Assembly (NCBI RefSeq): GCF_009914755.1
Contig: NC_060948.1
Strand: one strand, 5' to 3'
Origin: the human T2T-CHM13v2.0 reference genome, Homo sapiens
DNA: 64,000 nt
Shown: one piece after another, positions 56,101-64,000 of the stretch
Numbering within the stretch: the stretch's first letter is position 1
Layout: each line of letters begins with the position of its first letter
Notes under the pieces: generated by a model
Told to the model about the DNA's origin: nothing
The model's input: the letters and a program-made list of their open reading frames with translations, nothing else
The model's database searches: none
Made by a program: the position numbers and the translations under genes

Positions 56101-56973
56101 AATGGAATGGAAAGGAATTGAATGGAGTAGATTGGATTGGATGGGATTGGAATGAAATGTACTGGAAAGGACTCGAATTTCATGAAACGGAATGGAATGA
56201 ATTAGAACGGAATGGACTCGAATGGAATGGAATGTCATGGAATGGCATCAAATGGAATGGAATCGAATGCGATGGAATGCTATGGAATGGAATGGAATGC
56301 ATTGGAATGGAATGTCCTCTAATGGAATGTATTCGAGTGGAATGGAATCGAATATAATGGAGTCTAATGAAATGGAATTGAAAGGAATGGGACCGAATAC
56401 AATGGAATATACTGGAATGTAATGTAATGAACTCGAATGTAATTGACTGGAATGGAATGTACATGAATGGAATGTAATCGAATGGAAAGCAATCCAATGG
56501 AATAGAATCTAATGCAATAAAATCGACTCAAATAGAGTAGAATGTAATGGAATGGAGTGCAGTGCAATGGAATGGAATGGAATGGAATGCAATGGAATGG
56601 AATGGAATGGGATGGAATGGTATGGAATGGATAGTAATGGACTGGAGTGAAATGGACTGGAAAAGAATGGACTCAAATTGAAAGGGCTCGAAAGGAATGG
56701 AGTCAAATGGAATGGTCTGGAATGGAATGAACACGAATGTAATGCAATCCAATAGAATGGAATCGAATGGCATGGAATATAAAGAAATGGAATCGAAGAG
56801 AATGGAAACAAATGGAATGGAATTGAATGGAATGGAATTGAATGGAATGGGAACGAATGGAGTGAAATTGTATGCAGTAGAAGAGAATAGAATGGAATGC
56901 AAGCGAAAGGAAAGGAATGGATTGGAATGGAATGGAATTCATTGGAATGGAAGGGAATGTAGTGTAATGGACA
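32136..56973. repeat. Block of seven type D DYZ1 units, U10-U16 (3544, 3534, 3584, 3554, 3539, 3554, 3529 bp)
   Basis: HaeIII GGCC at 32136, 35680, 39214, 42798, 46352, 49891, 53445 and 56974. All seven carry the 20-bp duplication GGACAGCCACGGAATGGAAT-GGACACCCACGGAATGGAAT. Confidence 0.85.
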
Positions 56974-59900
56974 GGCCTGGAATAAAGTGGAATGCTACGG
57001 TCTCGAATGGAATAAAAATGTATGGAATGGAATGCAATGAAACGGAATCGAATGTCATAGAATGTAATGGAATGCAAAAAAATGGACTCCAAAATCATTG
57101 ACTGGAAAGGCTGGGTGTCGAAAGGAATTGACTCCAATGGAATGGAATCGAATGGAATGGAAGTGAATAGAATGGAACTAAATCGAATGGAATGGAATTG
57201 ATAGGAACGGAATGGAAAGGAATGCAATGATTTGGCATGGAATGGAATCGAATGGCATCGAATGGAATGGAATGGAATGCAATGGAATGGAATGTATTAG
57301 AATGTAATGAACTTTAATGGAATGTACTCGAATGGATTCGACTGGAATGGAATGTTCTTGAAGTGAATGGACTCCAATGGAATGGATTCGAAAGGAATGG
57401 AATCTAATGGAATGGAATTAAATGGAAATGAATCAAATTGAATAGAACGGAATTGAATTGAATGGAATCGAATGCAATGGAATCTAATGAAACGGAAAGG
57501 AAAGGAATGGAATGGAATGGAATGGGCTGGAATGGAAAGGAATCGAAACGAATGGAATGGAATCGAACTGAAGAGACTGGAATGGAATGCACTGGAATGG
57601 AAGGGAATGTAATGGAAGGTTCTCGAAAAAAATGGAATCGAAAGGAATGGAATTGAATGGAACGGAATAGAGTCGAATGGAATTCAATGGAATGGAATGG
57701 ACTAGAGTGAAATGGAATCGAACCACAAGGAATGGACAGGAATAGAATGGTCTCGAATTGAATGGAATCGTATGGAATGGCATCAAACGGAATGGAATGG
57801 ACAGCCACGGAATGGAATGCACTCGAATGCAATGGAGTCGACACTAATGGACTGGAATAGAATGGACTCGACTGGTACGGACTCCAATGGAATGGAATCG
57901 AATGGAAGGGAATGGAACGGAATGCACTCGAAGGGAAAAGACTGCAATGGAAAGGTCTCGAATGGAATGGAAATTATTGGAATGGAATGGAATCGAATGA
58001 AATGGAGTCAAAAGGAATGGAATCGAATGGCAAGAAATCGAATGTAATGGAATCGCAAGGAATTGATGTGAACGGAACGGAATCGAATGGAATCCAAAGG
58101 AATGGAATAGAATGGAATGGAATCGAATGGAAAGGACTCGAATGGAAATCACTCGAATAGAATGCAATTTAATAATATAGGATCAAATGTAATGGAATGG
58201 AATGGAAAGGAATCGAAACGAAAGGAATGGAGACAGATGGAATGGAATGGAACAGAGAGCAATGGTATAGAATGGAATGGAATCATCTGGAATGGAATTG
58301 AATGGAATGGAATAATATGAAATGGAATGGAATGGAATGGAATGCCCTTGAATTAAATGGACTGGAATGGAATGGACTCAAACAGAGTGGAATGGAAAGT
58401 GTTGAAATAGAATGGAATGGACTCGTTTGGAATGGTCTAGTATGCAATGCAATCGACTGGCAGGGAATCAAGAGGAATGTAATCGAATGGATTGGACTGG
58501 AATGCAATGGACTCGAATAGATTGGACACGGAATGCAAACTAATGGAATGGAATAGTATGGAATGGAATGGAAAGGAATGGAGTGGAATAGACTAGAGTG
58601 GAATGGAATGGACTCGAAAGCAATGGACTGGAATGGAACTTTCTTGAATGGACTGGAATCAAACGGAATGGAATGCAATGTAATCAAATGGCATGGAATA
58701 AAATAGAATGAAAGAGAATCAAATGGAATTGAATCGAATGGAATCGAATGGATTGGAAAGGAATAGAATGGAATGGAATGGAATTGACTCAAATGGAATG
58801 GACTAGAATGGAATGGATTCGAATGGAAGGCAAAGGAATGGAATCTATTGGAATGGACTGTAATGGAATGGAATGGAAGGGATTGGAATGGACTCGAATG
58901 GAATGGACTGCAATAGAAAGGATTCGAATGGAATGAAAAAGAATTGAATGGAATAGAACAGAATGGAATCAAATCGAATGAAATGGAATGGAAGAGAAAG
59001 GAATGGAATGAAATGGAATGGAAAGGATTCGAATGGAATGCAATCGAATGGAATGCAATCGAATGGAATGGAATCGAACGGAATGGAATAAAATGGAAGA
59101 AAACTGGCAAGAAATGGAATCGAAATGAATGGAGTGTTATGGAACGGACTCAAAAGGAATTGAATGTAATAGAATGGAGTGGAGTGGACTCGAATATAAT
59201 GGACTGGAATGGAATGAAATCACATGGAATGGGAACGAATGGAATGGAATGGAAAGGAATGGAATGGAAAGGAATGGAATCGAATGGAAAGGAATCGAAT
59301 GGAAGGGAATGAAATTGAATCAACAGGAATGGAAGGAAGTAGAATAGACGGTAATGGAATGGACTCGAATAGAATGGACACGAATGCTCAAATTGAATGG
59401 ACTCGAATGGAATGGAAACGAAAGGAATGTCGTCGAATGGAATTGAATCGATTGGAATGAAATCGCATAGAATGGAGTGGAATCAAATGGAATTGAATCG
59501 AAAGGAAAGGAAGCGAATGGTCTGAAATGAAATGGAATGGAATTGAATGGAAAGTAATGCAAGGGAATAGAATGGAACGAAATTTCACGGAATGGAATCA
59601 AACTGAATGGAATCAAATCAATGGAATATAATCAAATGGCATGGAAAGGAATTGAATGGAGTAGATTGGATTGGATGGGATTGGAATGAAATGTACTGGA
59701 AAGGACTCGAATTTCATGAAATGGAATGGAATGAACTGGAACGGAATGGACTCGAATGGAATGGAATGTCATGGAATGGCATCAAATGGAATGGCATCAA
59801 ATGGAATGGAATCGAATGCAATGGAATGCTATGGAATGGAATGGAATGCATTGGAATGGAATGTCCCCTAATGGAATGGATTCGAGTGGAATGGAATCGA

Positions 59901-60521
59901 ATATAATGGAGTCGAATGAAATGGAATTGAAAGGAAAGGGATCGAATACAATGGAATATACTGGAATGTAATGTAATGAACTCGAATGTAATTGACTAGA
60001 ATGGAATGTACATGAATGGAATGTAATCGAATGGAAAATAATCTCATGGAATAGAATCTAATGCAATAAAATCGACTCAAATAGAATAGAATGGAATGGA
60101 GTGGAGTGCAGTGCAATGGAATGGAATGGAATGGAATGAAATGGAATGGAATGGAATGGGATGGAATGGTATGGGATGGATAGAAATGGACTGGAGTGAA
60201 ATGCACTGGAAAGTAATGGACTCAAATTGAAAGAGCTCGAAAGAATGGAGTCAAATGGAATGGTCTGGAATGGAATGAACACGAATGTAATGCAATCCAA
60301 TAGAATGGAATCGAATGGCATGGAATATAAAGAAATGGAATCGAAGAGAATGGAAACGAATGGAATGGAATTGAATGGAATGGAATTGAATGGAATGGGA
60401 ACGAATGGAGTGAAATTGTATGCAGTAGAAGAGAATAGAATGGAATGCAAGCGAAATTAAAGGAATGGATTGGAATGGAATGGAATTCATTGGAATGGAA
60501 GGTAATGTATTGCAATGGACA
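56974..60521. repeat. DYZ1 unit U17 (3548 bp, diverged type E)
   Basis: GGCC 56974 to 60522. It lacks the 20-bp duplication and has many private variants, a 15-bp duplication near 59250 and a 1-bp deletion near 60242. Confidence 0.8.
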
Positions 60522-63500
60522 GGCCTGGAATAAAGTGGAATGCTACGGTCTCGAATGGAATAAAAATGTATGGAATGGAATTCAATGAAACGGAATCGAA
60601 TGTCATAGAATGTAATGGAATGCAAAAAAATGGAATCCAAAATCATTGACTGGAAAGGCTGGGTGTCGAAAGGAATTGACTCCAATGGAATGAAATCGAA
60701 TGGAATGGAAGTGAATAGAATGGAACTAAATCGAATGGAATGGAATTCATAGGAACGGAATGGAAAGGAATGCAATGATTTGGCATGGAATGGAATCGAA
60801 TGGCATCGAATGGAATGGAATGGAATGCAATGGAATGGAATGTATTAGAATGTAATGAACTTTAATGGAATGTACTCGAATGGATTCGACTGGAATGGAA
60901 TGTTCTCGAAGTGAATGGACTCCAATGGAATGGATTCGAAAGGAATGGAATCTAATGGAATGGAATTAAATGGAAATGAATCAAATTGAATAGAACGGAA
61001 TTGAATTGAATGGAATCGAATGCAATGGAATCTAATGAAACGGAAAGGAAAGGAATGGAATGGATTGGAATGGAATGGGCTGGAATGGAATGGAATCGAA
61101 ACGAATGGAATGGAATCGAACTGAAGAGACTGGAATGGAATGCACTGGAATGGAAGGGAATGTAATGGAAGGTTCTCGAAAAAAATGGAATCGAAAGGAA
61201 TGGAATTGAATGGAACGGAATAGAGTCGAATGGAATTCAATGGAATGGAATGGACTAGAGTGAAATGGAATCGAACCACAAGGAATGGACAGGAATAGAA
61301 TGGTCTCGAATTGAATGGAATCGTATGGAATGGCATCAATCAGAATGGAATGGACAGCCACGGAATGGAATGGACACCCACGGAATGGAATGCACTCGAA
61401 TGCAATGGAGTCGAAACTAATGGACTGGAATAGAATGGACTCGACTGGTACGGACTCCAATGGAATGGAATCGAATGGAAGGGAATCGAACGGAATGGAC
61501 TCGAAGGGAAAAGACTGCAATGGAAAGGTCTCGAATGGAATGGAAATTAATGGAATGGAACGGAATCGAATGAAATGGAGTCAAAAGGAATGGAATCGAA
61601 TGGCAAGAAATCGAATGCAATGGAATCGCAAGGAATTGATGTGAACGGAACGGAATGGAATGGAATCCAAAGGAATGGAATAGAATGGAATGGAATCGAA
61701 TGGAAAGGACTCGAATGGAAATCACTCGAACAGAATGCAATTTAATAAAATAGGATCAAATGTAATGGAATGGAATGGAAAGGAATCGAAACGAAAGGAA
61801 TGGAGACAGATGGAATGGAATGGAACAGAGAGCAAAGGTATAGAATGGAATGGAATCATCTGGAATGGAATTGAATGGAATGGAATAATATGAAATGGAA
61901 TGGAATGGAATGGAATGCCCTTGAATTAAATGGACTGGAATGGAATGGACTCAAACAGAGTGGAATGGAAAGTGTGGATATAGAATGGAATGGACTCCTT
62001 TGGAATGGTGTAGTATGCAATGCAATCGACTGGCAGGGAATCAAAAGGAATGTAATGGAATGGATTGGACTGGAATGCAATGGACTCGAATAGATTGGAA
62101 ACGGAATGCAAAGGAATGGAATGGAATAGTATGGAATGGAATGGAAAGGAATGGAGTGGAATAGACTAGAGTGGAATGGAATGGACTGGAAAGCAATGGA
62201 CTGGAATGGAACTTTCTTGAATGGACTGGAATCAAACGGAATGGAATGCAATGCAATCAAATGGCATAGAATAAGATAGAATGAAAGAGAATCAAATGGA
62301 ATTGAATGGAATGGAATCGAATGGATTGGAAAGGAATAGAATGGAATGGAATGGAATTGACTCAAATGGAATGGACTAGAATGGAATGGATTCGAATGGA
62401 AGGCAAAGGAATGGAATCTATTGGAATGGACTGTAATGGAATGCAATGGAAGGGATTGGAATGGACTCGAATGGAATGGACTGCAATAGAAAGGATACGA
62501 ATGGAATGAAAAAGAATTGAATGGAATAGAACAGAATGGAAACAAATCGAATGAAATGGAATGGAATAGAAAGGAATGGAATGAAATGGAATGGAAAGGA
62601 TTCGAATGGAATGCAAACGAATGGAATGGAATCGAACGGAATGGAATAAAATGGAAGAAAACTGGCAAGAAATGGAATCGAAATGAATGGAGTGTTATGG
62701 AAGGGACTCAAAAGGAATTGAATGTAATAGAATGGAGTGGAGTGGACTCGAATATAATGGACTTGAATGGAATGAAATCACATGGAATGGGAACGAATGG
62801 AATGGAATGGAAAGGAATGGAATCGAATGGAAAGGAATCGAATGGAAGGGAATGAAATTGAACCAACAGGAATGGAAGGGAATAGAATAGACGGTAATGG
62901 AATGGACTCGAATAGAATGGACACGAATGCTCAAATTGAATGGACTCGAATGGAATGGAAACGAAAGGAATGTCATCGAATGGAATTGAATCGATTGGAA
63001 TGAAATCGCATAGAATGGAGTGGAATCAAATGGAATTGAATCGAAAGGAAAGGAAGCGAATGGACTGAAATGAAATGGAATGGAATTGAATGGAAAGTAA
63101 TGCAATGGAATAGAATGGAACGAAATTTCACGGAATGGAATCAAACTGAATGGAATCAAATCAATGGAATCTAATCAAATGGAATGGAAAGGAATTGAAT
63201 GGAGTAGATTGGATTGGATGGGATTGGAATGAAATGTACTGGAAAGGACTCGAATTTCATGAAACGGAATGGAATGAATTGGAACGGAATGGACTCGAAT
63301 GGAATGGAATGTCATGGAATGGCATCAAATGGAATGGCATCAAATGGAATGGAATCGAATGCAATGGAATGCTATGGAATGGAATGGAATGCATTGGAAT
63401 GGAATGTCCTCTAATGGAATGGATTCGAGTGGAATGGAATCGAATATAATGGAGTCGAATGAAATGGAATTGAAAAGAATGGGATCGAATACAATGGAAT

Positions 63501-64000
63501 ATACTGGAATGTAATGTAATGAACTCGAATGTAATTGACTGGAATGGAATGTATATGAATGGAATGTAATCGAATGGAAAGTAATCCAATGGAATAGAAT
63601 CTAATGCAATAAAATCGACTCAGATAGAGTAGAATGTAATGGAATGGAGTGCAGTGCAATGGAATGGAATGGAATGGAATGCAATGGAATGGAATGGAAT
63701 GGGATGGAATGGTATGGAATGGATAGTAATGGACTGGAGTGAAATGGACTGGAAAGGAATGGACTCAAATTGAAAGGGCTCGAAAGGAATGGAGACAAAT
63801 GGTATGGTCTGGAATGGAATGAACACGAATGTAATGCAATCCAATAGAATAGAGTCGAATGGCATGGAATATAAAGAAATGGAATCGAAGAGAATAGAAA
63901 CAAATGGAATGGAATTGAATGGAATGGAATTGAGTGGAATGGGAACGAATGGAGTGAAATTGTATGCAGTAGAAGAGAATAGAATGGAATGCAAGCGAAA
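60522..64000. repeat. DYZ1 unit U18 (near-complete, D/E mosaic, runs off the window end)
   Basis: Starts at GGCC 60522 and carries the 20-bp duplication (~61352-61391). The later part shares GAGTCGAATG and GGGATCGAATAC with U17. Confidence 0.8.

Larger units (their letters stand above)
1..64000. repeat. DYZ1: Human Satellite III (HSat3) tandem array, DYZ1 family (Yq12 heterochromatin); GGAAT strand on +
   Basis: Degenerate GGAAT pentamers run end to end. Unique landmarks (GGACAGGCCTGG, GGCTGGGTGTCG, AACCACAAGG, GCAATTTAATAAAATAGG, GCCCTTGAATT, AAAACTGGCAAG) recur every ~3.5 kb. There is one conserved HaeIII site per unit. The minus strand from that site reads CCTGTCCATTACACTACATTCCCTTCCATTCCAATGAATTCC..., which matches my recollection of the start of the 3.56-kb DYZ1 HaeIII unit. 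HSat3 identity is near certain; the DYZ1/Y assignment is from recall, not a search. Confidence 0.93.

Noticed and set aside
15-63994. Hundreds of 60-310 aa ORFs on both strands (MEWNG-rich on +, FHSIP-rich on -), recurring every ~3.5 kb
   Set aside because: Pure (GGAAT)n has no stop codon in any frame and translates to (MEWNG)n or (FHSIP)n. The ORFs overlap in all frames, and indels between units (5, 10, 20, 1 bp) freely shift frames, so there is no coding constraint.
1-64000. CRISPR-like or other repeat-spacer array, or a novel prokaryotic system
   Set aside because: There are no unique spacers and no cas-like or other genuine genes. Every distinctive word recurs once per 3.5-kb unit, as expected for eukaryotic satellite DNA.
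1-64000. Embedded Alu/L1, DYZ2 (HSat1B) block, or strand inversion
   Set aside because: None seen. The pentamer backbone and landmark order are continuous, and GGAAT stays on the + strand throughout.
1-64000. HSat2 or the chromosome 9 HSat3 subfamily as alternative identity
   Set aside because: The dominant HSat2 CATTCGATTC/ATCATC ~26-bp pattern is not the backbone here. The ~3.5-kb period with a single conserved HaeIII site and DYZ1 primer matches favours the Y-linked family, pending a BLAST check.

Overview
The whole 64 kb window is one uninterrupted, single-orientation tandem array of human Satellite III (HSat3). It consists of degenerate (GGAAT)n pentamers on the + strand ((CATTC)n on the - strand), organised as a ~3.5 kb higher-order unit with one conserved HaeIII/StuI site (AGGCCT) per unit. 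The unit size, the single HaeIII site and the sequence around it match what I recall of DYZ1, the Yq12 heterochromatin repeat, here as the reverse complement of the classic CATTC-strand sequence. There are 17 complete units (3498-3584 bp), a near-complete 18th and a 454-bp leading fragment. I see no genes, RNA genes, transposons, DYZ2/Alu blocks or inversions. All listed ORFs are artefacts of translating a stop-poor pentamer (MEWNG on +, FHSIP on -). I found no previously undescribed biological system. The real information is in array architecture. The first half is a 3-unit (~10.55 kb) A-B-C super-repeat that decays through unequal crossover (order A B C A B B C* B C/D). At ~31.1 kb there is a sharp switch to a different haplotype family (D, marked by a 20-bp duplication). 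The window also shows mosaic or converted units, a hypervariable pentamer run, four fixed phase breaks per unit and a more diverged end. Unit names U1-U18 and types A-E are my own labels, derived from variants read by eye rather than from a computed alignment.
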